Part shown: piece by piece, positions 13,601-28,971 of the stretch
Numbering within the stretch: the first letter of the stretch is position 1
Layout: each line of letters starts with the position of its first letter
From: the human T2T-CHM13v2.0 reference genome, Homo sapiens
Length of the DNA stretch: 64,000 nucleotides
NCBI RefSeq assembly: GCF_009914755.1
Contig: NC_060926.1
Strand: one strand, 5' to 3'
Made by a program: the position numbers and the translations under genes
Notes under the pieces: model-generated
What the model was told of the DNA's origin: nothing
What the model saw: the letters and a program-made list of their open reading frames with translations, nothing else
Databases searched by the model: none

Positions 13601-14172
13601 TACGGAAGGATAGACTAAAAGACACCCACTCATGCTATAGATTCTGGAATGTTCATGTTAAATTCGGCCAGGTCGTCAAAGCTGTTTGTCCAGCCTGTAT
13701 CCTTTGACCACCACCTCCCATTCTTTTTTCCTGACTTGGATATTGTCACTGTGGCCCCTGCTTGCACTGGGAACTGGTGTGAGAAAGAGCCATTGGGAGA
13801 CACTCCGATTGAGTTTTGGAAGGAAAGCCATCCAGTTCTTGACACATTGCCCCACTTTTGTCTAAGATTTTTCCTAAGAATCTGGTTTGTTATTATCCTA
13901 TGGGTGCTGCTACTGCTCAGATTTCCCTATTTGCCTTTGCTGCTAAGAAGTTTATAGACTAATTGGTGGCCCATCGCTGGGAATGCATACACAGGATTGC
14001 AGTTTGAGGATTAATCTTACCTCCAACATTTTTATTTTCATACCCCTATTTTCCCTTTGCCCAACCCCCTATATTTTATTGTATCTTGCTGTTTATAAAC
14101 TGCCCCAGGTTTGAGACCAGTTGAGGTCTAAATTTATTAATTAATAGATTAACTTATTTTAAAGTGTTATGA

Positions 14173-14473
14173 GGCCGGGCACGATTGCCTGTAACCCCAG
14201 CACTTTGAGAGGCCAAGGCAGGCAGATGGTTTGAGCTCAAGAGTTCAAGACCAGCCTGGGCAATGTGACAAAACCCTGTTTCTACAAAAAAATTAGCTGG
14301 GTTAGCTAGTTGTGGTGGCACACTCCTGTAGTTCCAGCTACTCAGGAGGCTGAGGCAGGAGAACTGCTTGTGCCCAGAAGGCAGAGGTTGTAGTGAGACG
14401 AGATAGCGCCGAGATAGCGCCTTTGCACTCCAGCCTGGCCAACAAAAGTGAAATCCTGTCTCAAAAAAAAAAA
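14173..14473 (+). mobile_element. Alu (J/S-type) with internal 11-bp tandem duplication
   Basis: Dimeric Alu with poly-A; GAGATAGCGCC x2 at 14400-14421. Confidence 0.9.
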
Positions 14474-14504
14474 TTTTTTTTTAATTTTTTAAGTTTTATC
14501 AATG

Positions 14505-14900
14505 AGGGTAGGTGAAGTTTTGCTACATAATAAATAATCCCAATATCTCAGTGGTTTAACAACACGAAGATCAATGTGTGAATTTATTTACAACACTCCC
14601 TTATTTATTTCTAATGCAGCATTGCTAGGAGCTATGCTCCAGGCCATCACCATTAGAGGTTGCAACCTGACATAAACTTCTATTTGACATATGCTTCCAT
14701 GATCACTGCAGCAGAAAGGGGAGGGTAAGCATGCATTGGCTCTTAAAGATGCCACACATTACTTCTGCTCACCTTTCACTGGTCCAAGTATGTCATATGG
14801 CCATAACTGATTACAAGCAGAGCAGAGAAGTACAAAACTACCATCCACCTGAAAGGTGGAACACCAGAATATTCATGAATTCTGTTCATGGCAAACACAA
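14505..14900 (-). mobile_element. Old MaLR LTR (MLT1K/L-like)
   Basis: AATCCCAATATCTCAGTGGTTTAACAACA and TTACTTCTGCTCACCTTTCACTGG motifs. Confidence 0.55.
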
Positions 14901-15053
14901 TGCAAGCACAACCATATAATATACCATTCAAATTGGGACACTTTTGAGAGTGGAAGGAGGATCTAACAGTAAGAAAAACTAAATAATTTTCTTAAGATTT
15001 ATGTGTTGCCTTGCAAATTGATTATTTTATTGATAGACCATAAAATTATTCTA

Positions 15054-15382
<329 letters not shown>

Positions 15383-15454
15383 AAATAAAATTTCTTCTAA
15401 AACTATAATATAGACTTGTGTACATCAAGTCAAAAAAATATGTTGTAAAGATGT

Positions 15455-15646
15455 CAACAATAGATACTGGGGACTACTAGAGGTGGGAGCAAGGGAGGGG
15501 GCAAAGGTTGAAAAACTGTTGGGCTCTCTGCTCAGCATGTGGGTGGCTGGATCATCCACACCCCAAACCTCAGCATGACTCAATATACCCAGGTAACAAA
15601 CCTGCACACGTACACCCTGAATCTAAAATAAAAGTTAGAAAAAAAA
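15455..15646 (+). mobile_element. L1 3' UTR fragment (L1PB/old L1PA-like)
   Basis: GGTAACAAACCTGCACACGTACACCCTGAATCTAAAATAAAAGTT followed by an A-tail. Confidence 0.8.
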
Positions 15647-17220
15647 GTTTTAAACCCATAAAATAAAATAAAATTATCCTTTCTTTTCCAACTAGGAAAA
15701 GAGACAGAGATTTTGGAAATTGTGAAGAAAAAGGACTTTCTACTCAACAGAAAAACTGAAAGAATATAAATAAATAATCACTGACAAGGAAATATAGTTA
15801 AGCAATATGAAAAATGCCCAACTTCATTCTTAATAAAAGAAATGCAGATTGAAAATTTTTTTAAAAATTTAATCTCTATGTTGATCATCTGAACATTAAA
15901 AAATAATGTAAAGAGAATAATTTATGTTTGATATGGATTTGCATATTTAATTCTGTTTCCTAGACATATCACCCTCTAATATTGTATCACCAAATTTTTC
16001 GAAGATTGTAATTTTTTCAAGCTGATCTTATCATTTTAGACTTTGCCATAAAATTGCCTGCAATTTTCTTCAAATTGCATGTTATGATTCATATATTTGA
16101 AGTCATCGATTCTTTGAATTGGCCCTTCTTTGTAGAGCACAATTTTTTTAATTGAGAAAACATTTTGCCTCCTGGTATTGAGATATCTGGAAAGCTTGGG
16201 GAAATTTTAGTGAAATTGAGGATATTGTCCATTTTAATTATTTTTCATATTTGAAAAGAGTAAATATTTCACTTCAAGTATTTTCACGGATACTTTCCTT
16301 TTGTCTCAGAGTAGTTTTCTTTGCCAAAACATGTCAAATAAGTTGTCTCTATGATTCTTTTGAGTGGTTCACCAGTTTTACATGTTCGAGATCATAGGCC
16401 TACTCAATTCCATTCCACCACATTGCGGAATACAAATTTACTGAACTACCATGTGAGCACCATCACAAGATTCACCCCATAAATCAAGATATTCCAAAGC
16501 ACTTAGAAAATTTGAATATTAAGTGTGGCACACCATTTTATCTCTTGTGATTTTTTTTTTCAGCTTCTCCCTTGCTTTTGTAGAGAGAAATCTCAGTGTC
16601 TTCCTACTTACAGGGCTTGTTTTTAGTAGTCACAATTCAAAAAAAGATTCATAAGCTGATGTCTTAAGATGAATCACTTACTTAATTTTGGTTAAAATCT
16701 CCAGCTGGTTTTAAACAAAATGAACCAAAATTTAGAGAATTTGTTTACACAAAAGCTCTACAACATTTTAAGACACAAGTTGATTCACAAAGTAGTTCTT
16801 CAAAAATTCAAAGATTTCTAAAATCTGACTGATAATAGGCAGGAAAGAGAAAAGTGTATACTGTCATGCTAAACTATTATTTCGCACTCAAAATCAGTTT
16901 TGTCACAAAATTTTGTAGTTCAGTTTTCTGAGTACATATAAAATTACTTAATTTTTTACAACTACACTTTCTAATTCAACTGATGGGGGAAAAAAACGAC
17001 ATTTGGAAACAGTTATTAAGTATGTGTGCACCCAACCAACTTCAAGTACATTCTGAGTCTATTAATATCTTAATTTAGTAAGAAAGTTATTTCCTCTATA
17101 ACACTGTGTTCTACCAAAATTTGTATTTTTATTATCATTGAAGAAAATCTCCAATATTCAATGTCTTAACATTTATTTCATCTGTTTCACTTTTGACTAA
17201 ATGAACTTACAAAAGCATTA

Positions 17221-19285
17221 CAAGCATACCTCAGAGATATTGCAAGTTGAGTTCCAGATGACTGCAATAAAGCAAATATTGCAATAAAGTGAATCACATG
17301 AATTTCTTGGTTTCTCAGGGCATATAAAAGTTATGCTTACACTATACTGTAGTCTATTAAATGTGCAATAGCATTATGTCTAAAAAATACTTTATTGCTA
17401 AAAAATGCTAATGATTATCTGAGCCTTCAGTGAGTTGTAATCTTTTTGCTGGTGGAGGGTCTTATCTCAGTGTTGATGGCTGCTGAATGATTAGGGTGGT
17501 GGTTGTTGAAGGTTGGTGTGGCTGTGGCAATTTCTTAAAATAAGACAACAATGAAGTTGCCTAATCAATCGATTCTTCCTTTCACAAAAGATTTCTCTGT
17601 AGCATGTGATGCTGCTTGATAGTGTTTTATCCACAATAGGACGACTTTCAAAATTAAAGTCAATCCTCTCAAACCCTGCTGCTGCTTTATCAACTAAGTT
17701 TATCTAATATTCTAAATCCTTTTTTGTCATTTCAACAATGTTCACAGAATCTTCACTAGGAATAGATTTCATCTCAAGAAATCACTTTATTTGCTCACCC
17801 CTAAGAAGCAACTCCTCCTCCATTGAAATTTTATCATCATATTGCTACAATTCAGTCACATATTTAGGCTCCAAGTCTAATTCTAGTTCCCTTGCTATTT
17901 CTACCACATCTGCAGTTACTTCCTCTACTCAAGACTTGAACCGTCAAAGTCATTCATGAGAACTGGAATCAATGTCTTCTAAATTCCTGTTAATGTTGAC
18001 ATTTTGACCTCCTCCAATGCATCACAGATGTTCTTAATGGCATCTAGAATGGTGAATGCTTCCTGGGCAGTTTTCAATGTGCTTTGCCAAGATTCAGCAG
18101 ACTAATCACTAAGTATGGCAGCTATAGATTTACAAAATGTATTTCTTAAATAATAAGATATGAAAGTCAAAATTACTCCTTGATCTATGGGCTGCAGAAT
18201 GGATGTTTTGTTAACAGACATGAAAACAACACTAATCTCCTTGTACATCTCTATCAGAGCTCTTGGGTGACTAGACACATTGTCAATTAGTAGTAATATT
18301 TATAAAGGAATCATTTTTTCTGAGCAATAGGTCTCAATAGTGGGCTTAAAATATTCAGCAAACCATGCTATAAACAGATGTGCTATCATCCAGGCTTGAT
18401 TTTTCCATTTCTACAGCACAGGCAGAGTTGATTTAGCATAATTTTTAAGGGTTCTAGGACTTTCAGAATGGTAAATAAGCATTGGCATCAACTTAATGTC
18501 ACCAGTTGCATTAGCCCCTAACAAGAGAGTCAGCCTGTCCTTTGAAGCTTTGAACCCAGGCATTGACTTCTCCTCTCTAGTAATGAAAGTCCTAGATGGC
18601 ATCTTCTTCCAATGGAAGGCTGTTTTGTCTATGTGGAAAATGTGTTATTCAGTGTAGCTGAGGTAGGAGGCAGGACTCAACTCCAGAGGCAGGGCTTGGG
18701 CATCAGTCCAAATTGAGGACTAGCTAAAACAGGGACTGGGTAGAAGCAGCTTTCCATAAGGCACACCCAGCAGTGTGCCATGTCAGTTTACCATTGCATG
18801 GCAACCCTCAGGAGTTACCACCTCTTTCCATGGCAATGACTCGACAACCCAGAAGTTACTACCTTTTCCTTAGAAATTTCTGCATAAACTGCTCCTTAAT
18901 CTGCATGCAATTAAAAGTAAGTATAAATATGATTACAGAACTGTCCTGAGCTGCTACTCTCTGCCTATGGGGTTTCCCTGCTCTGCAAGAGCAGTCATGG
19001 AGCTATAACACTGCCACTTCAATAAAGCTGTATTCTTCTACCCTACCACTGGCTCGCCCTTGAATTCTTTCCTGGGAGAAGCCAAGAACCCTCACAGGCT
19101 AAGCCCCAATTTGGGGCTCACCTGTCCTGCATCATAGCCACCCTCATGAATTATCTTAGCTAGATTTTCTGGATAATTTGCTGCAGCTTTTATATCAGCA
19201 CTTGCTGCTTTTATGTTATGGAGATGGCTTCATTCCCAAAACCTCATGAATCAACTTTTATTAGCTTCCAATTTTTCTTCTGCTG
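17221..19285 (-). mobile_element. Tigger1 (TcMar-Tigger), truncated, split by an LTR
   Basis: TA then TIR CAAGCATACCTC at 17221; transposase peptide [32 protein letters not shown] (18411-18602); sequence resumes after 19138. Confidence 0.92.
18659..19134 (+). mobile_element. ERV1 solo LTR (MER66-like)
   Basis: TG...CA termini, 4-bp TSD TAGC (18655-18658 / 19135-19138), TATAAA 18922-18927, AATAAA 19021-19026. Confidence 0.88.
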
Positions 19286-19384
19286 TTCATAGAAGGTAGG
19301 TATTACTTAACATTCTGTCTGGAAAAGGAGCTGGATAAGGGACCTCCTTGTATTATAGCTAAGCAGCCAACATTTTATGTGACA

Positions 19385-22300
19385 TAGTACATTATTAACT
19401 CTAGGTATAAAGAAATAAGCTAAAGATGCATATTGTTGTTCCTAGAGCAGCCACCAAAATAATAATGCAAAACATATAGCTAAAAATTCAATAGAAAAAT
19501 CAAAATGGAATACTAAAAAAATTTCAATTAACCCAAACAAAGGAAAGAAAAGAGAAAAAGTGGGACATAAAACAGAAGCAACAAATACCTAAAAATGGTA
19601 AAATGGCAGACCTAAATCCAACTATATCAATCATTATATTGAATGAAAATGAACTAGACACTACAATTATAAGACCAATATAGTTGGGATGGATTAAAAA
19701 ACAAAAAAGTTTCAACTATAGTGTGTGAGATGAGACATAAATATAAAAATAGGTTGAGGAATCCACTTGTGCCTGGTATCCTAGTGCACACGCCTTGCAA
19801 GCAATGACGCCATGAGTCTGACTTCCAGTTCCAGCATACGAGTTGAATGGATCACAGCATTTACTATTGCTGCTGGGAGAGCTGCAACTGGTTATCTAGC
19901 TTACAAAAGATTTTATGACAAAGATCATCAGAATAAAGCTATGATGAACCTTCACATCCAGAAAGACAACCCCAAGATAGTACATGCTTTTGACATGGAG
20001 GATTTGGAAGATAAAGCTGTGTACTGCCATTGCTGGAGGTATAAAAAGTTCCCATTCTGTGATGGGTCTCACACAAAACACAACGAACAGACTGGAGACA
20101 ACGTGGGACCTCTGATCATCAAGAAAAAAGAAACTTAACTGGACACTGTTGATGTTGCATATCAACTTGTGAAGTTAACTGATTGCTTAATTAGAATGAC
20201 TACCACCTCTGTCTAATTCACCTCCCCTGGGTTCTAAATGCGGTATATTGCAAACTGCAGCTTTCGTATTGATGGCATTTGTCTTACTTTTTGAAACATC
20301 GTGGTGCACATTTGTTTAAAAAAAAAAAAAAAAAAAGGAAAAACCAACCTCATGGCCTGTGGGTTATTTTGGTCTTGTAAGGATCAGTTTCTTTAAAATA
20401 TTGACATATACAGGTGTATCTTACACAGAATATAGTTGTATCTTGAAGTCAACATATTAAATTATTCTCAATTTTTAAAAAAAATATATTGAAAATAAAA
20501 GGAAAGAAAAAATAACTATGGAAACACATATCATAAAAAAAGGTGGAGGAGCTACATGCAGATCAGATAAAATAGACTTCAAGAAAAGGAGTGTTAGCAG
20601 AGATAAGAAGGGACATTTTGTAATGATAAAGGATTCAATTCCACATAACAAGCCCAAATGTGTCTGCAAGTGATAGCAAGCTTTAAAACAAATGAATCAA
20701 AACTTAACAGAAGTAAAAGAAGTAGTCAAATCTATACACAGAGTTGGAGATTTTATCATTCCCCTCAGCTACTGATAAAACTGTTAAACAAAAAATCAGT
20801 ACAGGTATAAAAGATCTGAATGATGCTATCAAACACCTTGGTCAAACCGGCACTTACAGAACACTACATCCACAACTATAGACTACATTATTCTTTTTAA
20901 ATGCTATGGAGTATTCACCATATGCTGGACCATGACAGGTCTAAATACATTTCAAAATATTAAAATATTATGGAGTATGTTCTTTAACCACAACAAATTA
21001 CATTGGAATCAATATTAATGTGAAAGCTAGAAGTGCCCCCAACCATTTGGAAATTAAACAAATACTAAATAAGTTTCAAAGAATTCAAAAGGGAAACTAG
21101 AAAATATTTTGAATTGAATAAAAATGAAAACACAACGTATCAAAATTTGTGAGATGCAGTTAGAGTGTTCAGATGAAATTTCTTAGCTTACATGAGAAAG
21201 GAAGAAAGGTATAGAATCAGTGTTTTAAGGTTTCACTTTAAGCTAGAAAAAAAGAGCAAATTAAACCCAAAGTAGATAGAAGGATAGAAATAATAAAAGA
21301 ACAGAAATCAATTGAATAGGAAATAGAAATAGTACACTGAAAATTAGATCTTTGAGAAGATGAATAGAATTGATAAACTTCTCACAGGAAGGATCAAGAA
21401 AAAAAGAAAATACAAATTACTAATATCAGATTTGAAAGAGCCGATAGTGCTACAAACCCTACAGGTATCAAAAGGATAATAATGGAATATTATGCACAAT
21501 GGTTCATTAATAAGTTTGCCAGCTTACATGAAATGGGCAAATTCCTTGAAAAGCACAACTTGCCAAAACTGACACAGGTGAAACAGAAAATTTGAATAGC
21601 CTTATACATAGCAAAGAAATTGAATTTGGTATCAGAAACATTCCCAGAAAGAAAACCTTCAAGCTCAAGATTCCACCGCTGAATTTGATCAAATGTTTAA
21701 GCAAGAAATAACATCAATCACAAGTAAACTCTTTCAGAAAATAGAGAAAGGAACATTTGCCAGCTCTTTTAATGAGTCTAGCATACTCTGATATATCAAA
21801 GCCTGAAAAAAAATTACGAGAAAATTCTCCATTAACACAAATGCAAAAATCCTTAACAAAATACTAGCAAATAGAGTTCATCCATATATGAAAAGAATCA
21901 TTCACTGTGAACCAGTGGGCTTATTATAGGAATGCAAGATTGATTTAGTATTTGAAAATCAAAGAAATTCACCATACTAACAGAATAAAAGAGAAAAACC
22001 ACGTGATTATCTCAAAATGTAGAGAAAAAGCATTTGTCAGCATTCAAAATTCACTTAAGGTTTTAAGATAATACACACACAGTGTATGGGGAATCAAAGA
22101 AAAACTTGTTCAGTCTGATAAAGGGCAGCTACAAAAAAAATCTACCAGTGCCATACTTAACGGTGAAACACTGAACACTTCTCCCTTACTACTGGTCACA
22201 AGACAAGGATGTCCCATTTTCAACACTTCTATTTAACATCATACTGGAGGTCCTCACCAGTTCAATACAGAAAAGAAATAAAAGGCATAAAGACTGGAAA

Positions 22301-22600
22301 GGGAAAAGTAAAAGTTTTTCCTTTTCACAGGTGACCTGATCGTTTAATTATCAAAACTTAATATTGATAATAAAACTACTAGAATATGTGAGATTAGCAA
22401 TGTCAGAGGATATGTCAATACATATAATCCATTGTATTTCTAGGTAGCAACATTGAACAATTGGAAAATGAAATTAAAGAAACAGCTTCTTTTATAATTA
22501 TGTCAAAAAGAAACATACTTAGGAACAAATTTGACATCAGTATTGCAAAAACTTCTCAACGAACATTTAAAAATGTTCTGCTTATGTAAATTGCACTGCT
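19385..22600 (+). mobile_element. Old L1M (ORF1 end and decayed ORF2 EN/RT), interrupted by the CISD1 retrocopy
   Basis: A-rich L1 ORF2 homology, e.g. GCAAAAATCCTTAACAAAATACTAGCAAA and ACAAGACAAGGATGTCC; many stops. Confidence 0.85.
19758..20479 (+). pseudogene. CISD1P1: Processed CISD1 (mitoNEET) retrocopy; ORF 19812-20138 intact (108 aa)
   Basis: Intronless 108-aa ORF matching CISD1 with about 13 substitutions versus the recalled parent; CDGSH motif [16 protein letters not shown]; 5' and 3' UTR remnants; ATTAAA 20456-20461; degenerate TSD AAAAATAGGTTGA (19745-19757) / AAAAATATATTGA (20480-20492). The locus symbol is from memory. Confidence 0.93.
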
Positions 22601-22898
22601 TAGGTTAACTGAAAGCCTTAAAAAGTATCCAAAAAAGACATTATGTGCTTGGCATGTACTTTCAAAATCTATTGAATAAATTCTAATGAATACCTAATAC
22701 ATTCCATGCACTGGAGATACAACAGTTAAAGTCCTGACCTCATGAAGTTTAGGTCCTACTTAGAGAAGCAGCCAATAAAAAGACAAATTATTCTACAATA
22801 TATCAAGTGCTAATAATTGCTATGAAAAAAATAAAACTTGGTAAGGGAGAAGAGAGTAATGCAGGAAGACTGTTTTATATAATAGTGAAAGCCTTATT

Positions 22899-23269
<371 letters not shown>

Positions 23270-23793
23270 CTATGTATGTTAATCAGAGATGAGAATTACA
23301 GACAGAGGGAATAGCAGGTACCAGGGTCCTGAGGCATGAGTGTGCCAGTTTGAGAAACAGTGTAAAGACTAGTGTTGCCAGAGTGCAGGGAGGTGAGCAA
23401 GAGGAAGAGTAAATGACAGCAGAGGGGGAATGTCTCAGGGACCCCAGTCATGCAAGGATTGGGGATTTACCTGTGTGCATTATGCAAAACCACAGGAGCA
23501 TGCCATGACCTAGATATTTTAAAAAGATCTCTCTGTTACTATGAAGAGGATAAAGTTTAGGGCACCAAGGATAGGAATGGGGTGGGAGACAGAGGCTTCA
23601 TAACACCTAAAGAGAGAGGTCAGTGATGGCACTAGAGGGGCCCAGAAGCTCTGGGGAAAAGTATTCTTTGTGTTCTAAAAACACACCAAAGACACAGCCC
23701 ATAAGACTTGGAGTATGGGGTCTGAGAAAAAAAAAAAAAAAGTTGAAGAGTTTACCTGAGCAGCCAGAAGAAAAAAGTACATTTAAAACTGTA

Positions 23794-24381
<588 letters not shown>

Positions 24382-24767
24382 CCTACAGAGGGTGTTAGAA
24401 CGATGAGACTAGGTGAGATGCTTGAGGAAATTAGGTTGGATTGAGAAGACAAACATTACAATGCCTAAAAATCCAAAGATGAGAGGGGACAGCCAAGATC
24501 CTATAAGACCAATCAGTATGAGAGCTGAGAGACTGCTGTCCTGGAAGCCAAGTAAAGAACAGGATTTTCAGTAAGAGACAGTGATCAGCTGCATCAAATG
24601 CTGCTGGCATGTGATGGCAGTGAGAGGATGGATGAGAACTGGATGACAATGAAAGCTAAACTCTGACCCACAGAAAAGAAAGTGTCTATACACTCTAAAA
24701 GCTTATTCTTTTTTAATATTCAGGGTTGAAGAAGTAGAAAAGTATTAGAGAATGCACATAGTTTTCA

Positions 24768-25124
<357 letters not shown>

Positions 25125-25138
25125 GCGTTTTATGGTCA

Positions 25139-27101
<1,963 letters not shown>

Positions 27102-27149
27102 AAAAGAAAGATTTTTAAAATGGCAAAAAGTAATAATAGAAACATTTAA

Positions 27150-27385
27150 TACAGCACTTAAGATGTGCCAGCCACTGTTCTTAGTGCTTTACATATATTA
27201 ACTCATTCAATCCCTACAAGACGTGGACTATTTTGCTCTCCTCCCATTTTAGAGGAGAATAAGCCCAGGTAAAGGAAGGTGAAATAACCTATCCAAGTCC
27301 CCATGAATAGTAAGTGACAAAGCCAGCATGAGGACCTTGGTAGCTTGGCTCCAGAGACTGTGCTCTTAGCCCCATCTGTGCTTAG
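27150..27385. mobile_element. MIR
   Basis: GTGCCAGCCACTGTTCTTAGTGCTTTACATATATTAACTCATT...CCCATTTTAGAGGAG. Confidence 0.75.
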
Positions 27386-27561
27386 TGCCCCTAAGGCAGG
27401 GATATATTCACAGTAGGAGAGAGATTTTTCAAAAATTGACCCTAAGGTGTTGAAAACAGTCATATTTCCAAAGTCACCAAGCTAGGACACAGGATACACA
27501 CTTGGTGCTTGCTCCCACAATAGATGTACTAGGCCAAGGACCAGAGCTTTCTAATCCCACT

Positions 27562-27927
27562 TGTATGAGTCCATTCTCACATTGCTATAAAGAACTACCT
27601 GAGACTGGGTAATTTATAAAGAAGAGGTTTAGTTTGCTCACAGTTCCACAGGCTGTGCAGGAAGCATGGCTGGGAAGGTGTCAGGATACTTACAATCACG
27701 GTGGAAGGCAAAGGGGAAGCAAGCATGTCTTACGTGGCCCAAGAAGGAGGAAGAGAGAGAAGGGGGAGGTGCTACACACTTTTAAACAACGAGGTCATAA
27801 TAGTGAACTCATTCACTATTATGAGAACAGCAAGGGGATGTCTGCCCCCATGATCCAGTCACCTCCCACCAGTCCCCTCCTCCAACACTGGGGACTTTGG
27901 GCAGGGACACAAATTCAAACCATATCA
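27562..27927 (-). mobile_element. MST (MaLR, MSTA-like) solo LTR
   Basis: TG...CA termini, GCTATAAAGAACTACCTGAGACTGGGTAATTTATAAAG, perfect TSD CCACT (27557-27561 / 27928-27932). Confidence 0.92.
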
Positions 27928-28199
27928 CCACTCACCTGGGTCAGAACTTCATCTGCTACAGGTGCACTGGAGTTCAACACCTTCCAGCTTCCCCTTTCTT
28001 TCTGGAGTTCTGAGAAGACACTAATCTTCCTAAAAATTCGACTAACTGGCTGCTCACCTGGACCCTGACATCCTAGCATGGTTGTTATAAGCCAATGGAT
28101 ATACCCACAGTGAGACAAGGTCCACCTAGAATGTGGTTACATAATCTAAGTAGGTCTGGGGTTTTCCCCACTCAAAAACAATAATGACTATCTCTTTAT

Positions 28200-28860
28200 C
28201 TCCCAATGGATTTGAAGATACTTTATCATTTTTTGATGAATGCATAGTTTTCCTCTGTCGTATGAGCTATAATTTAACTAGCCCCCTTGTTTAAACATTT
28301 AGGGTTTTTTTCCAGTTTTTCATTAATCAGAAATTCATAAATATTCTAGTACATTCTCATATAAATTTCCCCACTGGAAGAGTTTCCTTTTTAGGGTAAC
28401 TTTTTCAAAGCAGGTTGCTGGGTCAAAGGATATGGGCATTTATATTTTGGTACTTGTCATACTGCCTTACAAATAGGTTGAACTAATTTACACTGCCATT
28501 AAATAAGCACTTCTCAAGACCTTAGCTAATACTGATTTTTTTTTTTTTTTACCCAATCTGTTTACCTTCGCCATTAGGCAAAATATGATATTTCATGTTT
28601 AATTAGCATTTTTCATCATTAGTGATGTTGAACATCTTTTTTACATGTTCCTGACCACTTCACTTCCTCTTTTGTAAATTACCTATTTAATTTTCCATTA
28701 GTCTATGTGGGTTGTTCTTTCTCCTTTTGCTTTGTAATCGCCTTGTGTATATTGGGCTGATTAACTCTGCCATAAATCATGCAAATATCTTTCCCAGTTT
28801 CTCATTTGGCTTTAAATATTAATAGTATTTTTACAGGGCAGATGCTTTTCAGCTTTATTA
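28200..28860 (-). mobile_element. Old L1M fragment
   Basis: TTGCTGGGTCAAAGGATATG and TAGTGATGTTGAACATCTTTT antisense L1 motifs. Confidence 0.65.
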
Positions 28861-28893
28861 AATACAACTTACATATTAGGAACCTGCAGGAGA

Positions 28894-28971
28894 TTTTCTT
28901 CTGATTAAAAGATTAAATATTGAAGTTAAATCAGACCCATATACTCCTAAATAGCCCACGCATAATGCAAC
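28894..28971 (+). repeat. 78-bp dispersed direct repeat, copy 1 (copy 2 at 30525-30602)
   Basis: 76 of 78 identical by manual alignment. Confidence 0.93.

Noticed and set aside
18411-18602. TIGD1-like gene
   Set aside because: Short fragment of a decayed Tigger1 copy, split by an LTR
20318-20337. A-run as the retrocopy poly-A tail
   Set aside because: UTR-like sequence continues to ATTAAA at 20456 and the TSD is at 20480; I recall this run as internal to the CISD1 3' UTR
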